The notes below the pieces were generated by a model. It ran no database searches, was not told where the DNA came from, and saw only the letters and a program-made list of their open reading frames with translations. Shown piece after piece: positions 47,513 through 56,575 of a stretch of 58,512 bases of DNA (position 1 is its first letter; every line of letters starts with the position of its first letter). Both the position numbers and the translations under genes were made by a program. Origin of the DNA: an uncultured beta proteobacterium (GTDB lineage Bacteria; Pseudomonadota; Gammaproteobacteria; Burkholderiales; SG8-39); assembly GCA_903899705.1 (NCBI GenBank), contig CAIUKQ010000222.1:1-58512 (forward strand). Reading direction: 5' to 3'.

Positions 47513-49584
47513 TCGCCTTGCCCGACAAGTGCGAGTGCCAGAGGTAACACCGGTCCGCTGCCACGAGAACGCAATAGCCAAGCCGCAACAGTCAGTGTCC
47601 AACGTGAATCGACCATGTCATCCACGAGTAATACCGGCCCGGCGCGTAATGCTGGTACGTTGATTGCCAGAGAGCCATCGATATTGCGTGCCTGCTGGAT
47701 GCTGTTTGCCATCGTCTTTTGTTCCGGGCGATCGTCTGTATTCTGTATCACAGCTTCGAATGGTAGACCCAAGGCTGCTGCTAGCCGCCGCGCGAATTCC
47801 GGTACTAGGTTGGGGTGTCGAAGTGATGGGATGCAGGTTACCCATGCTGGTGATGGTTGCGGATTCCATCCTCGCATTAGCGCTACACAGGCTTGGACCA
47901 GATCATTTGCAAAATGCCCATCATGGTATTTGCCTAGCCTGACCAAACTGCCCCATCCGGCATCTCCCCAGACGCAAAGCGCTCTTCCCGGCTGCCCCTG
48001 AAGTTCGGGCGCTATTCGTCCGCTGAGACTATATTGAGGCATGCCGCCCGGCGGCCATTGTTTGCGCGGCTCGAAAGGTAAGCTTGTGCGACGCAAATAC
48101 GCAATAGCCTCTCGAACCAGAGCCGGGTCGGTAGTTGTTGCTAGGGGTGGCAACGTGGGTGCATGTACGGTGACGGGATCGCCATCGAGCGCCTGAATAA
48201 GAAACTCCATATGTCCTGCGCGCAGATTTACGTATTCCTGCATCTGAGCTTGCTCTTCCCTTCGCAAATTGGTCAACCGGTCCGCACGCGCCCAGAACGT
48301 GTCGCTAAGATTCGCTGCAGTCAACTGCCATTTTGTGTCTTGCTTGGCTATGGGTGCGGGAGATTCGAGTGAAAGCAAATCTATAGTCTTGTTAATACGG
48401 CCATAGCTGATATTAAGACGACCCATCAATTCCGGTGCTGATAAACCGTTTGGGGCATTCTGCAGCGCCTCCAGCACATCTGCCACCTCATCTCGTGTAG
48501 GGAAAGCACTATTAATGAAGTAGTCGGTAATGTCCGTTTCTTCCGTGCCACTAAGTAGCACCCCGTAAGCCGTGTCCAGCGCGCGACCTGCACGGCCAAC
48601 CTGCTGGTAGTAAGCCACCACTGATCCCGGTGTCTGATAATGAATTACGAACGCCAGATCCGGTTTGTCATAGCCCATTCCCAAAGCCGTTGTTGCAACC
48701 AGCGCCTTCACCCTATTGTCCAGTAATGCCTGTTCCAACTCGGGCCGACGATCGCCCGTTTCACCTGTGTAAGACTCCACGTTAAATCCAAGAGATTTAA
48801 GCCAATCCGCCACCTGGACCGCATCACGCACGGTGAGCGTGTAAATGATGCCGCTGCCGGGCAGGGCTGCAACCTGCGCAGCAAGCCACGCCAAACGTTC
48901 TGCTTGGCTGCCCAAGCGCATCGTTTGAAGAGTAAGGGACGGCCGATTCAGGTCGCCGCGTGAAACCTCAAGATTCGGACCGAGTACAGCACGTAGATCG
49001 TCCATTACCCGGTTGTTCGCGGTAGCTGTTGTTGCCAGCAAGCGCAGATTTTGCGGCAGCATGCGAACCATGCGTTCCAACAAACGATAGTGAGGGCGGA
49101 AATCGTGACCCCAGTCAGATATACAGTGAGCCTCATCAATCACCAGCAAAGAGATACGTCCCGCGATGGCTGCGAGCACTTGCGTACTAAAGCGCTCGTT
49201 AGCCAGGCGTTCTGGCGAGATCAGTAAAATGTCCACCTCGTCGCGCAGAATTGTTTCCTCAATGCTCGCCCATTCCTCCTGATTGTCGGAATTGATGGTG
49301 ACCGCACGGACACCCATTCGCTCGGCAGCTGAAATCTGGTTACGCATCAGTGAGAGCAAAGGCGAAATCAACAAGGCAGGACCGCTACCTTCTTCCCGCA
49401 GTAGTTTCGTGGCGATGAAATAGACAAAACTCTTGCCCCAGCCGGTTTTCTGCACCACCAGCAGGCGTCCGCGTCCATCTACTATGTGATGGATAGCCTC
49501 TTCTTGGCCGTCGCGAAAGCAGGCATTTGTCTGGCCTGAGCCTATGCGGAGCAATTCAAGCGCATGCCGGGCATTGAATGTCAT
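47509..49584 (-). CDS. RecQ-like helicase with C-terminal phosphoribosyltransferase domain, RqlH-like
   Basis: [37 protein letters not shown], and PRTase loop [13 protein letters not shown]; GGAGG RBS. Confidence 0.88.
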   Translation of the reverse strand: MTFNARHALELLRIGSGQTNACFRDGQEEAIHHIVDGRGRLLVVQKTGWGKSFVYFIATKLLREEGSGPALLISPLLSLMRNQISAAERMGVRAVTINSDNQEEWASIEETILRDEVDILLISPERLANERFSTQVLAAIAGRISLLVIDEAHCISDWGHDFRPHYRLLERMVRMLPQNLRLLATTATANNRVMDDLRAVLGPNLEVSRGDLNRPSLTLQTMRLGSQAERLAWLAAQVAALPGSGIIYTLTVRDAVQVADWLKSLGFNVESYTGETGDRRPELEQALLDNRVKALVATTALGMGYDKPDLAFVIHYQTPGSVVAYYQQVGRAGRALDTAYGVLLSGTEETDITDYFINSAFPTRDEVADVLEALQNAPNGLSAPELMGRLNISYGRINKTIDLLSLESPAPIAKQDTKWQLTAANLSDTFWARADRLTNLRREEQAQMQEYVNLRAGHMEFLIQALDGDPVTVHAPTLPPLATTTDPALVREAIAYLRRTSLPFEPRKQWPPGGMPQYSLSGRIAPELQGQPGRALCVWGDAGWGSLVRLGKYHDGHFANDLVQACVALMRGWNPQPSPAWVTCIPSLRHPNLVPEFARRLAAALGLPFEAVIQNTDDRPEQKTMANSIQQARNIDGSLAINVPALRAGPVLLVDDMVDSRWTLTVAAWLLRSRGSGPVLPLALALVGQGE

Positions 49585-49667
49585 ATTTCCTCCATCAACG
49601 ACGGCAACACATTGGACAATTAGTCAGCAGTGTGCTGACCATTTGTATTCAGGGTATGTCCAAAAAC

Positions 49668-50360
49668 TTAAAGTTTAATCGCCCCAAATACTTTCTGGAG
49701 AATCTTGTAGGACTCCTGCACGGGATTTGCACGAATTTTGGCCTCTTCCTCCGCGACCACGACAAATAGACCTTCCAGCCCCTTGCGGGTGACATAACTC
49801 TCCAGCTGCGCGTCATCCTTGCTGATCAACCCGAGTTGCACGGCTTTGCCGGCGTACTGGTCATAGATTTCGGCGAGGTTTACCTTCGCCATGGATTTGC
49901 GGACGATGGGCATAAATTTCTGTTCCAGGGGCGCGGAGGTGGTGCGTTTGAAGTACTGGGTCGCCGCATCGTTGCCGCCGGACAGGATGCCTTTCGCGTC
50001 CTGCACGCTCATCTGCTTGATCGCGCCCACAAACAGCGCCTTTGCTTCGGGCACGGCCGCTTCCGCGGCCCGATTCATGCGAAGCACCAGTTCATCCGCC
50101 TGCTTGCCCATGCCAGCGAGGTGCAGGGCGCTCTCCACTCGTTTCAATGAATCGGGCAGCGGGATCTTCAATTTGTCATTGCCCAAAAACCCATTCTCGG
50201 CACCCAGTCTCTGCACAGCCACCTGCGTGCCCTTGTCCAGTGCCGCCTTGAGGCCTTCAACGGCGTCCTTGTTGGAGAGGTCGGCAATCGACAGCGCCTG
50301 AGCGGGTGCCGGGCAAATCATGACAAGCACGGCAAGACAGCGGAAAATCACGGTTCTCAT
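49668..50360 (-). CDS. DUF4197 family exported protein
   Basis: GLKAAL..G, KIPLP, MNRAAEAAV, AATQYF, EEEAKIR.NP. Confidence 0.88.
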   Translation of the reverse strand: MRTVIFRCLAVLVMICPAPAQALSIADLSNKDAVEGLKAALDKGTQVAVQRLGAENGFLGNDKLKIPLPDSLKRVESALHLAGMGKQADELVLRMNRAAEAAVPEAKALFVGAIKQMSVQDAKGILSGGNDAATQYFKRTTSAPLEQKFMPIVRKSMAKVNLAEIYDQYAGKAVQLGLISKDDAQLESYVTRKGLEGLFVVVAEEEAKIRANPVQESYKILQKVFGAIKL

Positions 50361-50880
50361 GAAGTTACTCCAGAAAAAATTTACCTTGCCCGCCGCAATT
50401 GTTGCGCTGGTGGTCGCGGCCATTCTGGCCACTGTATTCCGCGAATCCTACGCGCCTCGTCCGGCGCCTTCAGTGCGATTTCAGACATTGAAGGGCGAAT
50501 CGTTCGACCTCGCGAGCCTTCGCGGCAAGGTGGTGCTGGTGAATTTCTGGGCCACCACCTGTGAGCCCTGCGTGCGCGAATTGCCGGGGATCGCCCAGGC
50601 GTGGCGACGGTTCGCACCCCAGGGATTGGAGGTGGTCGCCGTGGCGATGAGTTACGACCCTCCCAATCGCGTCGTTGAGTTTTCCGAGAAGCTTGCGCTG
50701 CCGATGAAGATTTCCCTCGACATGGCGGGTGAGATCGAAAAGCAGTTCGGTGGCCTGAAATTCGTGCCGACAAGTTTCGTCATCGACCGGCAGGGCAATA
50801 TCGTGCGCCGCATCGACGGGGAGATCCAGTTCGGCCCCTTGCACTCGCTTATCGAGGCAAAGCTCAAAGAGCCGATCTGA
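50359..50880 (+). CDS. TlpA/ResA-family thiol-disulfide reductase
   Basis: N-terminal TM helix, NFWATTCEPC, VPTSFVIDRQG. Confidence 0.9.
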   Translation: MKLLQKKFTLPAAIVALVVAAILATVFRESYAPRPAPSVRFQTLKGESFDLASLRGKVVLVNFWATTCEPCVRELPGIAQAWRRFAPQGLEVVAVAMSYDPPNRVVEFSEKLALPMKISLDMAGEIEKQFGGLKFVPTSFVIDRQGNIVRRIDGEIQFGPLHSLIEAKLKEPI

Positions 50881-50904
50881 GCCGGCCGGAGTGGTACCCG
50901 GCGC

Positions 50905-51261
50905 CTATTCGACTTCCAGCAATTCCACTTCAAACATCAGGGTGGCATTCGGCGGAATCACACCGCCTGCGCCGCGCGCGCCGTAGCCAAGCGCCGGCGG
51001 AATGGTGAGCTTGCGCACGCCGCCGATCTGCATGCCCTGCACGCCTTCATCCCAGCCGGCGATCACGTTCTGGCGTCCCAGTGAAAAGACGAAGGGCTCG
51101 TTGCGGTCCTTGCTGGAATCGAACTTGTCGCCCAATGCATTGTTCTCCCAGAGCCAGCCGGTGTAGTGCACGGTGACGGCATGGCCGGCTGCGGCTGCGG
51201 CACCGTCGCCAAGGGTGACTTCTTCAATGATCAGGCCGCTCGCTGTGGTTGTCGTGGACAT
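50905..51261 (-). CDS. FKBP-type peptidyl-prolyl isomerase
   Basis: [31 protein letters not shown]. Confidence 0.95.
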   Translation of the reverse strand: MSTTTTASGLIIEEVTLGDGAAAAAGHAVTVHYTGWLWENNALGDKFDSSKDRNEPFVFSLGRQNVIAGWDEGVQGMQIGGVRKLTIPPALGYGARGAGGVIPPNATLMFEVELLEVE

Positions 51262-51288
51262 GAGATTCCTTTAAAAATAACGATTAAA

Positions 51289-51301
51289 AATCAAATAGTT
51301 A
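51289..51301 (+). promoter_or_regulatory. IHF consensus site
   Basis: AATCAAATAGTTA matches WATCAANNNNTTR. Confidence 0.5.
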
Positions 51302-51335
51302 AACTTTTTTCGCTCCCGCTGCGACGCGGGAAAAA

Positions 51336-51599
51336 TCAGCCGTCGCGGTAGGGGCGCGAGATGGACAGGCGCACGTTGAGCTCCAGCTTGGTGGCGATTT
51401 CAATCAGCGCCTCCAGGCTGAAAAGCTCGCCATGGTCATTGAGCAATGCGTTCAAACGCGGCTGCGTGATGCCGAGCAGCGCGGCCATCTGGACCTGCGT
51501 GAGTTCTTCCTGGTCGCGCACCAGCGCGATGCGGGTCTGTATCGCGACGATGACATCGCGCTTCATGACCTGCGTAATTTTTAATTTGCGTGTAACCAA
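51336..51599 (-). CDS. XRE-family HTH protein (HigA-like)
   Basis: LTQVQMAALLGITQPRLNAL...FSLEAL; GGAG before TTG. Confidence 0.8.
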   Translation of the reverse strand: MVTRKLKITQVMKRDVIVAIQTRIALVRDQEELTQVQMAALLGITQPRLNALLNDHGELFSLEALIEIATKLELNVRLSISRPYRDG

Positions 51600-51680
51600 A
51601 ATACCATCTCCAGATCGCGAATCCGCGGCAAGTCTATCTCAAAAAAAATATAGTACGGCATTGGATGCCGGCGTAGCCTG

Positions 51681-52091
51681 CTACTTGCGCTCAATGCCCC
51701 AGTGAATGGCAAATCCGGCGAGCATGGCCAGCGTGAAAATCAGGGCCTTCATGCTTCCGCCGCCCAGTGCGACGAACGCGGGCCCCGGACAGAATCCGGC
51801 CAAACCCCAACCGGTGCCAAAGGCCAGGCTGCCGACAAGCAGGCGTTTGTCTATCTGGCGTTTTCCTGGCAACTGCATCAATGCGTGAAGCAGGCTCGAC
51901 GGCATCCGCTTTGCGAATTTGAATCCAACGAACGCGACTGCGATTGCGCCGGCCATCACCAATGCGAGCGAAGGGTCCCAGTTGCCGGCCAGATCAAGAA
52001 ACCCGCGCACCTTGGCGGGATTGGCCATGCCGGCAAGCAAGAGTCCGCCTCCAAAAAGGAGGCCAATGGCAAATGCGCTGAATGCCAGCAT
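51681..52091 (-). CDS. YeeE/YedE-family (half-size) sulfur transporter subunit
   Basis: GMANPAKV.GFLD..WDPSL, GWGLAGFCPGP. Confidence 0.85.
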   Translation of the reverse strand: MLAFSAFAIGLLFGGGLLLAGMANPAKVRGFLDLAGNWDPSLALVMAGAIAVAFVGFKFAKRMPSSLLHALMQLPGKRQIDKRLLVGSLAFGTGWGLAGFCPGPAFVALGGGSMKALIFTLAMLAGFAIHWGIERK

Positions 52092-52092
52092 T

Positions 52093-52527
52093 CTATTGGC
52101 CCGCCAGATGACGAGATATGAAAACGGTTGCGAAACCGGCGGCCATGAAGGTCAGCGTTGCCACCAAAGACCGCCCCGAGAGTCGCGCCAGGCCGCATAC
52201 GCCGTGGCCACTGGTGCATCCTCCCGCATAGCGCGTGCCCACCCCGACCAGGAGTCCCGCGATGATGAGCTCGGGAATGGTTGCGTCGATCTTTGAAGCG
52301 GGCGCCGCGGAAAACAAAGTCCACGCCACCGGGGCTGCGAGCAGGCCGCCGATAAAAGCGAGCCGCCAGCCCTTGTCACCGGATTTCGCACCAAGCAGTC
52401 CCCCGGCTATGCCGCTGATTCCCGCGATCCTTCCGTTCAGCAGCGCGAGCATTGCGGCAGCAACGCCGAGGAGCATCCCGCCAGTGAGCGAGGACCAGGG
52501 GGTGAAATTTGTCCAGTCGATGGCCAT
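52093..52527 (-). CDS. YeeE/YedE-family (half-size) sulfur transporter subunit
   Basis: [21 protein letters not shown]. Confidence 0.88.
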   Translation of the reverse strand: MAIDWTNFTPWSSLTGGMLLGVAAAMLALLNGRIAGISGIAGGLLGAKSGDKGWRLAFIGGLLAAPVAWTLFSAAPASKIDATIPELIIAGLLVGVGTRYAGGCTSGHGVCGLARLSGRSLVATLTFMAAGFATVFISRHLAGQ

Positions 52528-52542
52528 CCTGTATTCCCGCGA

Positions 52543-53514
52543 TCAGCGCTGCGAAGTTGGCGGCGAACCGGTCCCGATGCCTGCGGCATGGGCCTGCTGG
52601 TCCGCGTGGTAGGAGGATCGCACCATGGGACCGATGGCGGCATGCTGAAAACCCATGTTGCTTGCCTCGCGCTCGAACATCGCGAATGTTTCCAAAGGAA
52701 CGAAACGCCGCACGGGAAGGTGGTGGGATGAGGGTTGAAGGTACTGACCAATGGTGAGCATGTCCACATCGTGCGCGCGAAGGTCTCGCATCACCTGGAG
52801 GATCTCATCGTCGGCCTCGCCCAGGCCGACCATCAATCCGGATTTGGTGGGCACTTTGGCATGCTGCTCCTTGAATCGCTTCAACAGGGACAGCGAATGC
52901 GTGTAATTGCCCCCGGGCCGTGCTTCAACATAAAGGCGCGGGACGGTCTCCAGGTTGTGGTTCATGACATCCGGCGGCGCGGCACCGAGAATTTCCAGGG
53001 CGCGATCCATGCGGCCGCGAAAATCCGGCACCAGCACCTCAATGGTGGTGGCCGGAGAAAGCTCGCGAACTGCGCGGATGCAATCGACAAAATGCTGCGA
53101 GCCCCCGTCCCTGAGATCGTCGCGATCGACGCTGGTGATGACCACGTAGCGCAGCGCCAGCGCCGCGATCGTCTGCGCGAGGTGCAGGGGCTCTTCGGCA
53201 TCGGGGGCGAGCGGCCTGCCGTGGCCCACGTCGCAAAACGGGCAGCGGCGGGTGCAGATGTCCCCCAGGATCATGAATGTCGCGGTGCCCTTGCCGAAAC
53301 ATTCACCGATATTCGGGCAGGAAGCCTCCTCGCAAACGGTATGCAGTTTGGCCTCGCGCAGGATGCGCTTGATGTCGTGAAAACGGGAGCCGGGTGCCGC
53401 TGCCTTGACGCGGATCCAGTCCGGCTTTTTGAGCCGGCCTTCGGGCGCGACGGCAATCGGTATCAGACGGGTTTTGAGACCGCCTTTTTTCTTGTCGCCG
53501 ATGGCATTAGCCAT
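52543..53514 (-). CDS. lipA: Lipoyl synthase
   Basis: [12 protein letters not shown] auxiliary cluster, CTRRCPFC radical SAM motif, RSSY. Confidence 0.97.
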   Translation of the reverse strand: MANAIGDKKKGGLKTRLIPIAVAPEGRLKKPDWIRVKAAAPGSRFHDIKRILREAKLHTVCEEASCPNIGECFGKGTATFMILGDICTRRCPFCDVGHGRPLAPDAEEPLHLAQTIAALALRYVVITSVDRDDLRDGGSQHFVDCIRAVRELSPATTIEVLVPDFRGRMDRALEILGAAPPDVMNHNLETVPRLYVEARPGGNYTHSLSLLKRFKEQHAKVPTKSGLMVGLGEADDEILQVMRDLRAHDVDMLTIGQYLQPSSHHLPVRRFVPLETFAMFEREASNMGFQHAAIGPMVRSSYHADQQAHAAGIGTGSPPTSQR

Positions 53515-54127
53515 GGGGAGCCTCCAGAAGGGCCGCGATGCGCGCGGCAAGCGCTTCTCCCAGTTCGCGGGCGCCGGCTTCAATACCCAGCGAGCGCGTC
53601 TGCGTCACGGCGAGTCCGGGATAGCCGCAGGGATCGATGAGATGAAAAGGGGATAGGTCCATGTCGACATTCAGTGCAACCCCATGGTAACAGCCGCGGC
53701 GAGTCACGCGCAGTCCGAGGGCGGCAACTTTAGCGTCATCCACATAAACGCCGGGCGCGCCCGCCTTGCGCGAAGCCACCACCCCATGGTCCCCCAGCAG
53801 ATCAATCACGGCCTGTTCCAGCATCTGCACCAGGCTTCGTACTTTCAGGCCGCGGCGCGTCAGGTCAAGCAGGGTGTAGACAATGGGCTGACCGGGGCCG
53901 TGGTAGGTGATCTGCCCGCCGCGGTCTATACGTGTCACCGGGATGCCGCCATCCTCGCCGGTATCAGGGAAATGCTCGGCTCGACCGGCGGCACCCGCGG
54001 TATAAACCGGGGGATGGTCCGTGAGCCATAGTTCGTCGGGTGTTGTTGCCTCTCGCGCCGCCGTAAAAAGACGCATTGCGTCATAGGTGGCGTCAAAATC
54101 GGTTGTGTCGAGATGTCGGATGATCAC
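53507..54127 (-). CDS. lipB: Octanoyltransferase
   Basis: [33 protein letters not shown]; GTG start is approximate. Confidence 0.93.
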   Translation of the reverse strand: MIIRHLDTTDFDATYDAMRLFTAAREATTPDELWLTDHPPVYTAGAAGRAEHFPDTGEDGGIPVTRIDRGGQITYHGPGQPIVYTLLDLTRRGLKVRSLVQMLEQAVIDLLGDHGVVASRKAGAPGVYVDDAKVAALGLRVTRRGCYHGVALNVDMDLSPFHLIDPCGYPGLAVTQTRSLGIEAGARELGEALAARIAALLEAPHG

Positions 54128-54153
54128 GGTGCCGGATTCGCAGGGTGAGTGAC

Positions 54154-54420
54154 TCACAACACCATGGAAACCATGTTGTGATCGCAAAGCTCCCTATACA
54201 GGTCATCCAGTTGCTGTTGCGAGGATGCCTTTACCGTGATGGTCAGGCTCAGGTATTTGCCCTCTCGGCTGGAGCGCATTTCGACGGTGGCCGGGTCATA
54301 GTCCGGCGAATGCTTCTTGACGACTTCAAGAATTGCCTGTGCGAAGCCGTGCTGCCTCAATCCCATCACTTTGATGGGGAAGTCACACGGGAAGACGATG
54401 AGGCTTTCGGGTTCAGACAT
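54154..54420 (-). CDS. ybeD: YbeD/DUF493 family protein
   Basis: FPCDFPIKVMG, SREGKYLS, QLDDLY; lies between dat and lipB. Confidence 0.88.
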   Translation of the reverse strand: MSEPESLIVFPCDFPIKVMGLRQHGFAQAILEVVKKHSPDYDPATVEMRSSREGKYLSLTITVKASSQQQLDDLYRELCDHNMVSMVL

Positions 54421-55285
54421 GGGTGGATGATCGCATGACAGTTGACTTGTATTCCTGATAAAGCGCGTGCGCACGCCTGAAGACCGGGCCTGGACTGCCC
54501 GCGGTATTTCCGTTTCCCACCGGTTCTCCATCCAGCCGGCTGACGGCCAGAACCTCTTTTGACGACGAGGTGAGCCAGACCTCGTCCGCGGTGCGCAGTT
54601 CCGATTCCGATATCTGGCGAACGGCAAGCGGAACGCCGCTTTTCTCCAGCAGTTCCAGAACCACATCGTAGGTAATGCCTGCGAGCATGAGCCGGGATTT
54701 GGGCGGCGCGAGCACCACGCCTGCGCGCACCACCATGACATTGCTGGCCGACGCTTCGGTGAGAAACCCGTCGCGCAGCAGGATGGTTTCCGCGCAGCCA
54801 TTTTGAACCGCCATATTCCGAAGCATGCAGCTTGCGATCAGGGCGGTTGTTTTTATGTCGCAGCGCAGCCAGCGGAAATCCTCATGCGTAATCGCCGCGA
54901 CGCCATGATCGATCTGTCCTCGCGAAGGCGTAACAAGGGGGCTTGCGCTAACGTAGACCGTTGGTTTGAGGCCCCTGGGGAATGCATGATCGCGTGGTGC
55001 GACCCCGCGCGTGATCTGAAGGTAGACACCCTGATCGTCCCAGGGATTGGCTGCAATGACCTGACGGATTATTTCGCCCCAGCGCGCGTCATCATGGGGA
55101 TTGGCGATTTCCAGCGCATTGAGGCTTGCCTTCAGGCGTGTCAGGTGTTCGGCCAGGCGAAACGGGCGGCGAGAATAGACCGGCATATACTCGTATACGC
55201 CGTCGCCGAAGAGAAAACCGCGATCCTGCACCGGGACTCGCGCCATCCCTATGGGCATCAATTCGCCATTCAGAAAGACCTTCAT
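54413..55285 (-). CDS. D-amino acid aminotransferase (class IV PLP)
   Basis: DRGFLFGDGVYE, QITRG, DIKT, LAGIT, ADEVW. Confidence 0.88.
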   Translation of the reverse strand: MKVFLNGELMPIGMARVPVQDRGFLFGDGVYEYMPVYSRRPFRLAEHLTRLKASLNALEIANPHDDARWGEIIRQVIAANPWDDQGVYLQITRGVAPRDHAFPRGLKPTVYVSASPLVTPSRGQIDHGVAAITHEDFRWLRCDIKTTALIASCMLRNMAVQNGCAETILLRDGFLTEASASNVMVVRAGVVLAPPKSRLMLAGITYDVVLELLEKSGVPLAVRQISESELRTADEVWLTSSSKEVLAVSRLDGEPVGNGNTAGSPGPVFRRAHALYQEYKSTVMRSSTHV

Positions 55286-55346
55286 CGCGGGATATGCGGG
55301 TCTGAACAGCAGGGTCGGTGAAAGAGAATCTTAAGGCCCCATGCAA

Positions 55347-56492
55347 TCATTGGAACCACAGCCTTATGGTGTCCCACGTGCGTCCGAATATTCCGGCAAC
55401 CGCGATGTTTTCAAGGGCCACGGCGGCATATTCACCAACCGGTTTTCCATCCAGGCTGACGCGAATGGTGCCGACGCGCTGCCCGGCGTTGATCGGCGCG
55501 ATAAGTGGCTGCAGGCTCAGCAATTCCGCCTTGAGCCTGTTGCCGGTGCCCTTGGGCGCGGATATCCGCAAGTCCTGGGCTACGCCGGCCTGGACGGTGT
55601 TTTCGCTGCCCTTCCAGACGGGCAGGACGCTGATGGAAACGCTTTTCTCGTAGAGGCGCACCTGGTCAAAGTTCAGGAACCCGTGGTTCAAAAGCTTTTG
55701 GCTCTCCTGCGCACGCCCTGATTCGCTGTTTGCCCCCACGACCACGGAAAGCAGGCGACGGTTACCGCGCCTGGCCGATGCAATCATGGCGTATCCCGCC
55801 GCTTCGGAATAGCCGGTTTTCATGCCGTCGACGTTGGGATCAAGCCATAGCAGGCGGTTCGGGTTCTGCTGCGTGGTGTTGTTGTAACGGAACTCCTTGA
55901 CGGAGTAGTAATGATATTGATCGGGGAAGTCGCGAATGACCGCGCCGGCTAGCGCAGCAAGATCGCGAGTGGTCGAATAGTGTCCCGCATCGGGCAGGCC
56001 GCTCGAATTGGCAAACTGCGTGTTATTCATGCCCAGGCGTTTGGTTTCGCGATTCATGACCTGCACGAAGGCGTCTTCCGACCCGGCGACAATTTCAGAC
56101 AGGGCGATGCAGGCATCATTACCCGATTGAATGACCATTCCCTGGATCAATTCGGCGGCAGTGACGGGTATTTTCTGATCGATGAACATTCGCGAACCAC
56201 CTGCATGCATGGCGCGTTCGGAGACGGGCACGACCTGTTGGAGGGCGAGGCGTTTGTCACGCAGGGCCGTAAAGACGATGTAGGCGGTCATCAGCTTGGT
56301 CAACGACGCCGGTTCGACGCGCTCATCCGCATTCTGGGAAACCAGCGTCTGGCCCGCGGTGATGTCAACCAAAAGCCAGGCGCGGGCGGCGAGCACCGGC
56401 GCTTGCGCGAAGGTCGGGGGGGGGAAGGTCAGCAGACTGGCCAGTGCAACCAGGGTCAGGGCCAGCCTGACCGGGATGAAACCGCGAAACAT
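55347..56492 (-). CDS. dacA: D-alanyl-D-alanine carboxypeptidase (PBP5/6)
   Basis: SLTK (SxxK), SGN, KTG, C-terminal amphipathic anchor; start 56492 or 56510. Confidence 0.9.
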   Translation of the reverse strand: MFRGFIPVRLALTLVALASLLTFPPPTFAQAPVLAARAWLLVDITAGQTLVSQNADERVEPASLTKLMTAYIVFTALRDKRLALQQVVPVSERAMHAGGSRMFIDQKIPVTAAELIQGMVIQSGNDACIALSEIVAGSEDAFVQVMNRETKRLGMNNTQFANSSGLPDAGHYSTTRDLAALAGAVIRDFPDQYHYYSVKEFRYNNTTQQNPNRLLWLDPNVDGMKTGYSEAAGYAMIASARRGNRRLLSVVVGANSESGRAQESQKLLNHGFLNFDQVRLYEKSVSISVLPVWKGSENTVQAGVAQDLRISAPKGTGNRLKAELLSLQPLIAPINAGQRVGTIRVSLDGKPVGEYAAVALENIAVAGIFGRTWDTIRLWFQ

Positions 56493-56575
56493 TGTGGGGC
56501 CGCCGGTCAAACGAACAAATTATATCAACAGCAGAATGCCGGATCAGCGGCGATGCACTGGCTGCGCTTTGACGC

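Larger units (their letters stand above)
46057..49667. mobile_element. Low-GC two-gene insertion between convergent polA and DUF4197 genes
   Basis: Spot counts: 29/60 GC at 46321-46380 versus 42/60 at 45601-45660; A/T-ending codons are frequent; no integrase or flanking repeats seen. Confidence 0.6.

Noticed and set aside
47509-49584. Housekeeping recQ
   Set aside because: No Zn-Cys cluster or HRDC domain, a C-terminal PRTase domain instead, and foreign base composition.
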